From an uncultured Methanosarcinales archaeon (GTDB lineage Archaea > Halobacteriota > Methanosarcinia > Methanosarcinales > CAZCCY01): a stretch of 41,275 nucleotides of DNA. Position 1 is the stretch's first letter. Each line of letters opens with the position of its first letter. The position numbers and the translations under genes are program-made. Positions 27,068 to 36,274 of the stretch are shown here, piece by piece. The DNA is taken from the NCBI GenBank assembly GCA_964497545.1, contig CAZCCY010000002.1, forward strand, positions 14,075 through 55,349, written 5' to 3'. A model generated the notes under the pieces. That model searched no databases, was not told the DNA's origin, and saw only the letters and a list, made by a program, of their open reading frames with translations.

Positions 27068-29917
27068 CTAGGTTGGGTTTCCCTGTCTGCGGATTTCTCT
27101 GGGGATTTTCAGGGTGAAGGTGCTTCCTTCGCCCCATTTGCTCTGGGCCTTGGTTTCTCCCTGGAGGATGTTTTCTGTGAGTTTTTTGACCAGGTAGAGG
27201 CCGAGGCCGGTGCCCGGTGTTTTCTGGGTGAGGTGGGTTTCGATGCGGTTGAAAGGTGTGAAGAGCCGGGGGAGGTCTTCTTTTTTTATCCCGATCCCGG
27301 TGTCGGTGATGGAGATTTCGAGCCAGTCTCCCAGGTCTTTTGCGGTGATGGTGATGCCTCCGGTCTCGGTGTATTTGGCTGCGTTGTCGAGGAGGTTGAG
27401 GACGCACTGGTGGAGGCGTTGTCGGTCTGTGTAGAGGGTGACCTGGCTGGGGATATCGATTTTTAGTGTCAGGTTTTTCTTTTGGATTTCAGGTTTAATT
27501 GTGGCTGTGGCTTCTGCTATTAGTTCTTCGAGCTGGAATTTCTCGGGTTTTGCCTCGATTTTGCCGGCCTCGATTTTGGAGATGTCGATGATATCGTTGA
27601 CCAGTGCGAGGAGTCTTTCTCCTGCATGGTGGATGTTTAAAATCATGTCCTGCTGCTCCTTGGTTAGACCTTTTGCCCAGTCTTCCAGGAGTAGTTTGGA
27701 GAAGCCGATGATACTTGTCAGGGGTGTGCGGAGTTCGTGGCTGGTGGTGGCGATGAAGATGTTTTTAAGCCTGTCCAGTTCTTTTAACCGTCTGTTTGCC
27801 TCTTCTAGCTGTTGGGTGCGGGCTTTCACTTCTTCTTCCAGGTATAGGGTTATTTCCCGCAGGTCCTGGAAGAGTTCTGCGTTTTCCAGAAAGTTGCCGG
27901 CGTAGGAGGCCAGGATGGTGGTAAGGTTCACCTGGCGTTCCTGGGGGGGCTGGTGGACCGAGAGGACTCCCCGGGGTAGTCCTTTGACCAGGATTGGAAC
28001 GTAGAAGCAGTTGCTGTCCGTTTTTCCTTCTCCTTTCTGGGGGGTGCGGGATTCCATGGCTTTGAAGGCGTCTGGCAGCGTTTCACGGTTAAATTTAACC
28101 TGTTCATCCCTGGGGGGGTATCCTGCAGCCAGTGATAGGGTTTCATCCTGGGGGTTGTAGAGGAAAATCTCTGACCTGCTGGCACCGGTAATCTCGCTGT
28201 TGGTCCGGGCGATTAGTTCGAGGCCCTTTTTCAGGTTGAAGATTGTCTGGAGCTGTTGGGCGAGGGAGTTGAGTTTCTTTTCGTCTTCAAAGGCCTGGAG
28301 GGTCTCCTGCTGGAGCTGGAAGCGCTGGACTGCCACCTTGAGGTGGTGGGCGATGGTGTGGAAGATTTTCCTCTCCTTGCCTGTCCACTCCCGCCTGGTA
28401 TGGGTTCCAAGGGCTAGAATCCAGGTCTCACCGCGGGTTGCGTGTGCAAGCAGGCCTCTAACACCGGGGATTCCTAACCCTGCTTCCAGTTCTCCCCCTG
28501 TTTCCTGGATGTCTGGGATGGCTGCAATACCATCTTCCTTCACGGCTTCCAGTATCGGGTGGACCGGGATTTTAATTTCATCCAAGCCGTCCATCCAGTC
28601 TTTCTGGACTGCGGCTTTTACATGGCAGGATTTGCCATCAGGGCAGGGTTCCAGGAAGATGGCGAAGTCTGCCTGGAAAAGGTCTACAACCTCCTTTAGG
28701 ACGCGCTGGCACATCTCCTGGAAGTCAAGGTTGGAGGCGATGGTGGTCGCAATCCGCCCCAGGGCTGTCTCCACCTCAAGCTGGCGTTTCAGGGCTGCTA
28801 CCGCCTGTTTTTCCTTCGTGACATCCCGGAATACATGTACCACCCGAACAATCTCCCCATTCTCGATTATGGGCGAGGCTACTACGCTCAGGTGGCGGCC
28901 CTTAAACTCGATCTTCAACCTCTCGATCCTGCCGGTCTCAAGACACCTCTTAACCGGACATCTGGCAATGGGAGAACTGGTGCCATGGATGACCTCGTAG
29001 CACTTTTTACCCTCAATATCCTCTGCCTGTAACCCCAGCAGCTCCCGGAAGGCCTGATTTGTTTTTTCGACGATGAAATCAGGAGTGTCGATAGCAACAC
29101 CGTCCACCATGGAATCAAAGGTGTCCCGCCACGTCTTCTCGCTCAGGCTGATGGCCTGCTGAGCCTTTCTGCTCTCGGTGACATCTGTGGCGAAAAAAGC
29201 GTATCCCAGGAGAACCCCCTCCGTGTTCCGGATGTCCGCAATCCTCGCATCAATATACCTTTTTCCCTCCCCGGTCACCCGTTCCACCGTGAACCTGTGC
29301 TCTCCCTTCTCTTTTACCTCCTGTATTACCTCCTGGAAGCGTTCCTTTCCAATTCCCACCCTGCTGTGGATTTCAGGTAGGCTTTTGCCGATAACATCTT
29401 TTTCAGAGTATCCCAGGAGTCTCTCTGCCATGGGATTGTAATAGGTGACCCGCAGGTCAAGGTCTGTGGTTGCAATAGCCATGTCAGTGGACCCCCGGAG
29501 GATGCTCTCAAGATAGGCTGTCCGCTCCACCAGGGCCTTTTCAGCCCTCTTCTTTTTCTCGTCCTCCCGGATTTTAACAGCCCGTAGATAATAAGGGAGT
29601 TGCCGTAGAGCATCGGGGCTTTTAACTACACATTGACTGGCATCAGCACATGCCAGACGTCCAGGGCCGTCAAGGAGGACGACCGAGAAAATACCTTCCA
29701 GAAGTCCCTCCTCAAAAAGGGCTTCCACCTCTCCGTCCGGCAGTCTGGAATCCAGGACAGCAGCATCAAAAATGCTCTCTCGCAACCTCCTCCTCGCCTC
29801 TACCAGCGTGCGGGCAGGTACAACCTCCCACTCCCCACCCAGCGTGCGAGCTACGACCTCAAACTGGGACTCTTCACCCCCTACTACCAGTACCCGGAAG
29901 TTTTTCATCAAAAGCAC
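27068..29917 (-). CDS. Sensor histidine kinase (REC-like, PAS, PAS, GAF, GAF, HisKA, HATPase_c)
   Basis: SHELRTPL H-box, NLLDNAAKY N-box, DTGIGI, GTGLGL; PAS motifs (YNPMAERLLGYS, GKKCYEVIHG); cytoplasmic. Confidence 0.92.
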   Translation of the reverse strand: MLLMKNFRVLVVGGEESQFEVVARTLGGEWEVVPARTLVEARRRLRESIFDAAVLDSRLPDGEVEALFEEGLLEGIFSVVLLDGPGRLACADASQCVVKSPDALRQLPYYLRAVKIREDEKKKRAEKALVERTAYLESILRGSTDMAIATTDLDLRVTYYNPMAERLLGYSEKDVIGKSLPEIHSRVGIGKERFQEVIQEVKEKGEHRFTVERVTGEGKRYIDARIADIRNTEGVLLGYAFFATDVTESRKAQQAISLSEKTWRDTFDSMVDGVAIDTPDFIVEKTNQAFRELLGLQAEDIEGKKCYEVIHGTSSPIARCPVKRCLETGRIERLKIEFKGRHLSVVASPIIENGEIVRVVHVFRDVTKEKQAVAALKRQLEVETALGRIATTIASNLDFQEMCQRVLKEVVDLFQADFAIFLEPCPDGKSCHVKAAVQKDWMDGLDEIKIPVHPILEAVKEDGIAAIPDIQETGGELEAGLGIPGVRGLLAHATRGETWILALGTHTRREWTGKERKIFHTIAHHLKVAVQRFQLQQETLQAFEDEKKLNSLAQQLQTIFNLKKGLELIARTNSEITGASRSEIFLYNPQDETLSLAAGYPPRDEQVKFNRETLPDAFKAMESRTPQKGEGKTDSNCFYVPILVKGLPRGVLSVHQPPQERQVNLTTILASYAGNFLENAELFQDLREITLYLEEEVKARTQQLEEANRRLKELDRLKNIFIATTSHELRTPLTSIIGFSKLLLEDWAKGLTKEQQDMILNIHHAGERLLALVNDIIDISKIEAGKIEAKPEKFQLEELIAEATATIKPEIQKKNLTLKIDIPSQVTLYTDRQRLHQCVLNLLDNAAKYTETGGITITAKDLGDWLEISITDTGIGIKKEDLPRLFTPFNRIETHLTQKTPGTGLGLYLVKKLTENILQGETKAQSKWGEGSTFTLKIPREIRRQGNPT

Positions 29918-30050
29918 CCTTCCCCAATTTTAATTCAAACCACGTTTTTCACTGAATCCACACGCTCTTCCAGCCAAAGCCTCTATTTTTTCAGGTAAGT
30001 ATAACTATAAAAAACTTCGCCAACCCTACTGGAAAATCAAAATCCAAAAG

Positions 30051-30122
30051 TGCCCCGGCCGGGAGTCGAACCCGGGTCTAAGGCTCCGCAGGCCTCAAGG
30101 ATATCCTCTACCCTACCGGGGC
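30051..30122 (-). tRNA. tRNA-Arg(GCG)
   Basis: Reverse complement gccccgg...gaggc-ct-gcg-ga-gcctt...gttcgactccc...ccggggca. Confidence 0.95.
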
Positions 30123-30224
30123 AGGGCTTTTTAGAATTGTTTTCCCCCCTTTTAACTGTTCCCGTTTTGGAACAATTTGATTGTGGCAAGGGTTAAATTT
30201 CCAGGCATCCTCTAGGGGTATTGG

Positions 30225-30902
30225 ATGACAGTTGTTGTTTCTCTTGGAGGGTCTGTCTTGTCCCCGGTTTCTTCCAAGCGGCTTCGGGAATATGCAGGGG
30301 TGTTCAGGGAGGTTGCAAGGGAAGAGACTTTGTTTGTGGTCACAGGTGGGGGTGGGCTTGCCCGGGAGTACATTTCTGTGGCACGTTCGCTGGGAGCGGC
30401 AGAGGCTTTCTGTGACCTTATCGGGATCGAGGTCACCCGTCTAAACGCCCGCCTCCTCATATCCGCGCTTGGCGAGTCGGCCTACCCCTTCCCCCCTGCT
30501 AGCTACCAGGAGGCTCTTGAACTGGCAGGGGACCGGGGCGGTAAAATTGTGGTGATGGGGGGCATACTCCCAGGGCAGACCACAGATACCGTGGCAGCAG
30601 TGCTGGCTGAGCTTGCCAGGGCAAGGCTCCTTGTTAACGCCTCCTCAGTGGATGGGGTCTACAATAAAGACCCCCGACAGTGGGAGGATGCAGTACGCCT
30701 TGAAAGAATCACACCCGCCGAGATGGTAGAACTCGCCCTGAAACAAGGGATGGGGGCAGGAGTTAACATCCCCTTCGACATGCTGGCAGCCCAGATAATC
30801 GAGAGAAGCAACATCCCTACCCGGGTAATCGATGGCAGACAGCCCCAGAACATCCTGGCAGCAATCCTTGAAAACACTGGCGGCACACTCATCAAAAAAT
30901 AA
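30225..30902 (+). CDS. pyrH: UMP kinase (archaeal type)
   Basis: VSLGGS, VTGGGGLAREYI, GIEVTRLNA, PGQTTD, VDGVYNKDP. Confidence 0.95.
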   Translation: MTVVVSLGGSVLSPVSSKRLREYAGVFREVAREETLFVVTGGGGLAREYISVARSLGAAEAFCDLIGIEVTRLNARLLISALGESAYPFPPASYQEALELAGDRGGKIVVMGGILPGQTTDTVAAVLAELARARLLVNASSVDGVYNKDPRQWEDAVRLERITPAEMVELALKQGMGAGVNIPFDMLAAQIIERSNIPTRVIDGRQPQNILAAILENTGGTLIKK

Positions 30903-30907
30903 ATAAA

Positions 30908-31336
30908 ATGGCACAGGTCCAGGTTAAAACGGTTAGAATCCTGCAAAAAGATGTAAAGCTGATAGAAGATGAAGCTGCCCTCTGGAGTCCCCTGGAAGCC
31001 TGCGGCATCCTGGTAGGGCAGTACTCTGATGATACTGCCCTGGTAAGAGAGGTTGTAACTGCCCGGAACGTGAGAGAGGAGCGGAACCAGTTTGAAATCG
31101 ACCCAGAGCGGCTCTATCATTGCTGGAAGGAGTGCGAGGAAACCGGCAGGGAAATCATTGGCTTCTACCACTCCCACCCAGGTGGCCTGGCTACACCTTC
31201 GGCATGGGACAAAGAATGCATGGAAGCCACACCTCTTGTCTGGCTAATCCTCGGAAAAGATGGGTTGAAGGCTTACCAGTGGGACGAAACCATAAAAGAT
31301 GCTAGAAGGGTGAAACTGGAGATAGAGAGAGTGTGA
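30908..31336 (+). CDS. JAMM/MPN+ (M67) metalloisopeptidase
   Basis: EACG...YHSHPGGLATPSAWD matches E-xn-HSH-x7-S-x2-D. Confidence 0.88.
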   Translation: MAQVQVKTVRILQKDVKLIEDEAALWSPLEACGILVGQYSDDTALVREVVTARNVREERNQFEIDPERLYHCWKECEETGREIIGFYHSHPGGLATPSAWDKECMEATPLVWLILGKDGLKAYQWDETIKDARRVKLEIERV

Positions 31337-31420
31337 GACCTGAGGTGGGGGGAAAGACTTATGGGTTTTAGTTGTCAATACCTTTGTTTATCAAAGAGTT
31401 CTTGGAGGTGAAGGCCGGGT

Positions 31421-31579
31421 ATGTGTAGTGTTGGAGATGCTTTTGAAATCGACATTTCTGGCGAGGCTAAGGTGTGTGGCTACATCTGTCTTGACTGTCA
31501 GAAAGAATTCAAGGGTATTGGCAGTAATGTGCTGTGTCCTGCATGCAAGTCAGGTAATGTCCAGTTGAAAGAGGAGTGA
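31421..31579 (+). CDS. Small zinc-ribbon protein (52 aa, not in the ORF track)
   Basis: Hand translation MCSVGDAFEIDISGEAKVCGYICLDCQKEFKGIGSNVLCPACKSGNVQLKEE; ggaggtga RBS. Confidence 0.75.
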   Translation: MCSVGDAFEIDISGEAKVCGYICLDCQKEFKGIGSNVLCPACKSGNVQLKEE

Positions 31580-31725
31580 AGCTGAATTTTTGCAGGGTTT
31601 TTTGATTCTGATCCCTGCAATATTTTTCCTATATTGTGTAATCAGATGTAATTTTTCTTATGGGTTTATTTTTCTTTCCTGGTGGTATTTTTATATTGTA
31701 GTAGGACAATTGGGTGTTCAGGTTT

Positions 31726-32379
31726 ATGGCCAGGGATCAGTATCGTCGGGATTTGGAGGCTCTCAAGGATAGTGTCGTGGAGCTGGGGTCGCTGGCTAGC
31801 CAGGCTATTCTGGATTCTGTGGCTTCTCTTAAGAATCGGGATGTTGAGCTTGCTCAGCAGGTCATTGATCAGGATGACAAGGTGGATTCTTTCTGTTTTT
31901 CTATTGAGGATTCCTGTCTGCGTCTTCTCGCCTTGCAGCAGCCTATGGCCCGGGATCTCAGGATGATTTGTGCCGTGCTTCGGATGATTGTGGATCTGGA
32001 GCGGATTGGGGATCTTGCTCTTGAGATTGCTTTGATTACCAAGGCCACGGCAGAGGAGGAGCCGGTTAAGCCTCTGGTGGATATTCCCAGGATGGCTGAG
32101 ATTTGTGCTGCGATGGTTAAGTCTGCTCTTGAGGCTTTCAAGGAAGGGGATGAGGCGAAGGCCAGGGAGGTTGCCAGGAGGGATGATGAGGTGGATGCTC
32201 TGTTTGATCAGATCCGGCGGGAGCTTATCACCTACATGGTGGAGGACCCACGGAAGATTCGGGGTGCCCAGCATTTGACTTTTGTGGCAAGGTATCTGGA
32301 GCGGATTGGGGACCATGCTAACAATGTGTGTGAGAGTATTGTTTACATGGTTACCGGGGAGCGGGTGGAGTTAAATTGA
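31726..32379 (+). CDS. phoU: Phosphate signalling protein PhoU
   Basis: LLALQQPMARDLR, DLERIGD, RDDEVD, YLERIGDHANN. Confidence 0.95.
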   Translation: MARDQYRRDLEALKDSVVELGSLASQAILDSVASLKNRDVELAQQVIDQDDKVDSFCFSIEDSCLRLLALQQPMARDLRMICAVLRMIVDLERIGDLALEIALITKATAEEEPVKPLVDIPRMAEICAAMVKSALEAFKEGDEAKAREVARRDDEVDALFDQIRRELITYMVEDPRKIRGAQHLTFVARYLERIGDHANNVCESIVYMVTGERVELN

Positions 32380-32392
32380 TATAGCATTATTC

Positions 32393-32590
32393 ATGATTAA
32401 TCTGGTTGGAATGATTTTCTCTTCCAGGTGTGTCTCCTGTGGAGCGGTTAGGGTTCTGAGTAACAGCGATTTTGAGGACTATGGGCACAGGCTTGGGGAG
32501 TCTGAGACCCGTTTGCACCTGATTGAAAGGGATGCCCGCTGTTGCGTTAAACCTAACTATATCTGGAATTCGAATTCCAGGGAGTGTTAA
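32393..32590 (+). CDS. Small Cys-rich hypothetical protein
   Basis: CVSC and CC motifs; fills the gap between phoU and the convergent gene. Confidence 0.5.
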   Translation: MINLVGMIFSSRCVSCGAVRVLSNSDFEDYGHRLGESETRLHLIERDARCCVKPNYIWNSNSREC

Positions 32591-33294
32591 ACCTTAACAA
32601 GGTCGAGGCAGTACCTCCCCACTCCAGGGCTTGTGTTACCGCACCGTCTGAAACCTGTCAGGGTTAGACCCAGGGTTTTCATCCATCTGGAGGTCAGGGG
32701 GAGGTCGGGTTCTTTTTTGAAGGTGTAAAAGTGTATCCGTCCTCCTTTTTTCACGAGGGGTAGTGTGTCTTCAAGGTAGAAGTCGCATCCATAGGGTGTG
32801 GGCATTATTATCCGGTCAAAGGTGGTGTTGAGGAAGCTGGGGGCGAGTTTCGCATCTCCCTGGATTATTTCACCCTGGGTCTGGTTGAGTTTGAGGTTTT
32901 GTTTGAAGTATTTGCAGGCGGTCTTGTTTTTCTCCACCCCGGTTATGTTTGCCCCCTTGCGGGCAGCGGGTATGAGAAACGGTCCTACGCCGCAGAAAAG
33001 TCCCAGTATTTTCTCTCCTTTTTTTGTCAGGTCTGTTATTCTTTTTCTTTCTCCTCCCAGACGGGGGTTGAAATACACCCTGGTGGGATCGACTAGGTAG
33101 CGGCATCCGTTCTCCCGATGCACGGTCTCGGTCTGTTCTCCCCAGATTATCTTGTAGGGGGTGATTCTTGCCTCTCCACTTGTTTTACCGGTTTTCAGGA
33201 GTATTGTTTTTGCTCCTGCTTTTTTAGCTGCTTCTACAAGGTCTGGGCTTTCTTTTTTCAGGATGGCGATGGTGCCGATTCGGTCGAACTTCAA
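32587..33294 (-). CDS. Trm5/TYW2-family SAM-dependent tRNA methyltransferase
   Basis: HRENGC, VYFNPRLGGER, LFCGVGPF, VEKN, FDRIIMPTP, IHFY. Confidence 0.85.
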   Translation of the reverse strand: MKFDRIGTIAILKKESPDLVEAAKKAGAKTILLKTGKTSGEARITPYKIIWGEQTETVHRENGCRYLVDPTRVYFNPRLGGERKRITDLTKKGEKILGLFCGVGPFLIPAARKGANITGVEKNKTACKYFKQNLKLNQTQGEIIQGDAKLAPSFLNTTFDRIIMPTPYGCDFYLEDTLPLVKKGGRIHFYTFKKEPDLPLTSRWMKTLGLTLTGFRRCGNTSPGVGRYCLDLVKV

Positions 33295-33402
33295 TTTTTA
33301 AACTTAAAGGTGTTTTAAGTTTATTCGTTTTCCGGCCCGCTTCACGTAATTTTTAAATAGGACTACAAACAGATGGAAAAGAGATTTTTGGAGGATTAAA
33401 AC

Positions 33403-35037
33403 ATGGCGGGACAATTAAATAGGCCGATTATTATTATTGATCAGGAGCGTACGGCGGGTAAGGACGCCCAGAGCATTAATATTAACGCTGCAAAGCTTGT
33501 TTCTGATGCTGTGAAGACCACCCTCGGCCCCATGGGGATGGACAAGATGCTTGTGAACCCGGTGGGGGATGTGGTGATCACAAATGATGGTGCCACCATT
33601 CTCACCGAACTAGAGATCAAGCATCCGGCTGCCAAGATGATGGTAGAGGTGGCCCAGACCCAGGAGGGCCGGGCCGGGGATGGGACAACCACCGCGGTGG
33701 TGCTGGCAGGCGAACTGCTCGGCAAAGCCCGGGAGTTAATGGACGAGGGTGTACATGCTACCACCATTGAGACCGGCTATCAGATGGCAGCAGAAAAGGC
33801 CGTAGAACTCCTGGAAGAGATGGCTGTCACAGCCGACGAGAGCATGCTTATCAAGGTAGCTAGAACCTCTCTTTCAGGTAAAGGGGCTGAGATGGCCATT
33901 GAGCCACTGGCCAGGGCATGTGTTGACGCCGCCAAAATGATAGAAGAGGGGGGTGTTGCAGACATCAAGGAGAACATTAACATTCTACACCAGCGTGGGG
34001 GTAAAATGAAGGACACCGAGTTCGTTCACGGCCTTGTTATTGACAAGGCCCGTGCCCACAAGAACATGCCAAGGCGGGTGGAGAACGCCAGAATAGCTGT
34101 GCTTGATGTGGGAATCGAGGTTCGGAAGACAAAGGCTGACTCCAAGATTAAGATTGAAAGCCCAGACCAGCTACGGGAGGCCATAGCCGAGGAACAGAAC
34201 CTGGTACGAGAGATGATTGATGCCTTTGTCAAAAAAGGTGTGAACGTGGTTTTCACCGAGAAGGGTATTGACGATATTTCCCTCCATTATCTTGCCCGCC
34301 GGGGCATACTTGCAATTCGCAGGTGCAAGGAAGAGGAGATTAAAAAAATTGCCAAGGCCACCGGCGCCAGGGTTGTCTCGAGCATCGAGGACATCTCCCA
34401 GGATGACCTTGGAAGCGCAGGCCTGGTGGAAGAGCGGGGTGTTGGTAACTACAAGATGATTTACATTGAGAAGTGCCAGGACCCGAAGGCTGTCTCGATT
34501 CTGGTGAGAAGCGGGGCAGAGAAGGTCACCGAAGAGGTGGAACGGGCTCTGGATGACGCTCTCCATGCTGTCTCGGTGGTCATGGAAGACAAAAAAATTG
34601 TGCCAGGCGGGGGCGCTGCCGAGGTTGAACTCGCCCTGCGACTGCGGGAATACGCTAACACCCTGGGGGGGAGAGAACAGCTTGCGGTCCTGAAGTTCGC
34701 AGAGGCACTGGAAGCCATACCCTCAGCTCTGGCCGAGAACTCGGGCCTGGACGCCATTGACAGTCTTGTAGAGCTAAAGAGTGCACATGAGCGGGGAGAG
34801 AAGAGCGCGGGTCTCGATATCTACACTGGTAAGACAGTAGACATGCTCGAGGCGGGTGTGGTTGACCCGCTGCGGGTGAAAACCCAGGCCATCAAGAGTG
34901 CTGCAGATGCTGCGGTCATGATTCTCAGGGTGGATGACATTTTCATGGCCAAGGAGACCGGCATGCTGGACGTGAAGCCTGAGCATCGGGCTGACTACTA
35001 CGATGGCATCTCACCCCCGCCTGTAGAGGACTACTAA
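33403..35037 (+). CDS. Thermosome (group II chaperonin) subunit
   Basis: [34 protein letters not shown]. Confidence 0.96.
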   Translation: MAGQLNRPIIIIDQERTAGKDAQSININAAKLVSDAVKTTLGPMGMDKMLVNPVGDVVITNDGATILTELEIKHPAAKMMVEVAQTQEGRAGDGTTTAVVLAGELLGKARELMDEGVHATTIETGYQMAAEKAVELLEEMAVTADESMLIKVARTSLSGKGAEMAIEPLARACVDAAKMIEEGGVADIKENINILHQRGGKMKDTEFVHGLVIDKARAHKNMPRRVENARIAVLDVGIEVRKTKADSKIKIESPDQLREAIAEEQNLVREMIDAFVKKGVNVVFTEKGIDDISLHYLARRGILAIRRCKEEEIKKIAKATGARVVSSIEDISQDDLGSAGLVEERGVGNYKMIYIEKCQDPKAVSILVRSGAEKVTEEVERALDDALHAVSVVMEDKKIVPGGGAAEVELALRLREYANTLGGREQLAVLKFAEALEAIPSALAENSGLDAIDSLVELKSAHERGEKSAGLDIYTGKTVDMLEAGVVDPLRVKTQAIKSAADAAVMILRVDDIFMAKETGMLDVKPEHRADYYDGISPPPVEDY

Positions 35038-35068
35038 TCATAAAAACGGCCTTGTGAGGTGAAAAACC

Positions 35069-35515
35069 ATGGTTTGGGACCCATACGAGGAAATCAGGAG
35101 ATTTGAGGAGAGGATGAACAAGCTGTTCGAGGACTTCTGGAGGAAAGGGGGACGCCCCCTGCTGGCACCAGGCCGTACAGCCCTTGAGCCCTACCGGGAG
35201 CCCTACACCGACCTTGTTGAGGGCGACAAAGAGGTAATCGCCACCATAGAACTCCCAGGATTCGAGAAAAGCGACATCAAGGTCAACATTACCGAGAACA
35301 GACTAGAAGTCTCTGCTGAGAGGAAGGCCGAGAAAAAAGAGGAGAAGGAAGGCTACATTTACCAGGAGAGGTATGGAGGGCGTTTCTACCGCTCCATCCC
35401 CCTGCCCTGCAGGGTGGACGCTTCCAAGACAAAGGCCAGCTACAACAACGGGATACTGGAAGTAAAAATGCCCAAGCTGGAAGAAACCGGCAAGACCACA
35501 ATCAAGGTTGAATAG
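35069..35515 (+). CDS. Small heat shock protein Hsp20
   Basis: ELPGFEKSDI, ERYGGRFYRSIPLP, ASYNNGILEV alpha-crystallin domain. Confidence 0.95.
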   Translation: MVWDPYEEIRRFEERMNKLFEDFWRKGGRPLLAPGRTALEPYREPYTDLVEGDKEVIATIELPGFEKSDIKVNITENRLEVSAERKAEKKEEKEGYIYQERYGGRFYRSIPLPCRVDASKTKASYNNGILEVKMPKLEETGKTTIKVE

Positions 35516-35641
35516 GAACCCCATCCATCAAATTTTTTTTGCTTTTTAAATTTGGCCCCCCATATTTCACTGACTAAAAAGCCGACGTAAGTAAATGGCT
35601 GAGGACAACACTAAAAAAGAACCAGGGAAGGAAGACCAAAA

Positions 35642-36256
35642 ATGGAGGAACCACTAATGAAAGAGAAAACACCTGAAAACAAAACCGCTGAAGATAAAAC
35701 ATCCGAAGAAAAAGCTGAAGAAGAACCAACCGAAAAGGAAGCGGCTGAGAACTCCATTGAAGAGCTAAGGAGTAAGCTTGAGGAGACAGAGAAACTTGCA
35801 GAGGAATACAGGGAACTTCTGCTGAGATGTCGGGCTGACTTTGAGAACTACAAAAAACATGTGGAGCGACAGCAGGAGAAGCTGAAGCTGCTTGCTAACC
35901 GGGATTTAATCCAGGAGTTAATAGATGTCTGGGAGAATCTGGAGAGGGGGCTTGCTTCCACCGGAAACGAGGGGGATTTCAGAAAAGGAATTGAACTTGT
36001 CGCAAGCCAGCTCTGGAAGCTGCTGGAAAAACAGGGCCTTGAGCCGATTAAAGCTCTGGGCCAGAAGTTCGACCCGACATTCCATGAAGCTCTGCTCCAG
36101 ACTCCTCATGAGGGTGAAGATGGGATTGTGCTGGAGGAGCTTCAGCGGGGCTACACCCTGAAAGGAGAGGTGCTCCGCTACTCCAAGGTACGGGTGTCCA
36201 AAAAGCCGGATGCCAACATGGAAAACAAAAAAGAAAATAGAAATAATAAAATATAA
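35642..36256 (+). CDS. grpE: Nucleotide exchange factor GrpE
   Basis: RADFENYKK, FDPTFHEA, QRGYTLKGEVLR. Confidence 0.95.
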   Translation: MEEPLMKEKTPENKTAEDKTSEEKAEEEPTEKEAAENSIEELRSKLEETEKLAEEYRELLLRCRADFENYKKHVERQQEKLKLLANRDLIQELIDVWENLERGLASTGNEGDFRKGIELVASQLWKLLEKQGLEPIKALGQKFDPTFHEALLQTPHEGEDGIVLEELQRGYTLKGEVLRYSKVRVSKKPDANMENKKENRNNKI

Positions 36257-36274
36257 ATTTTGAGGTGAATGTGT

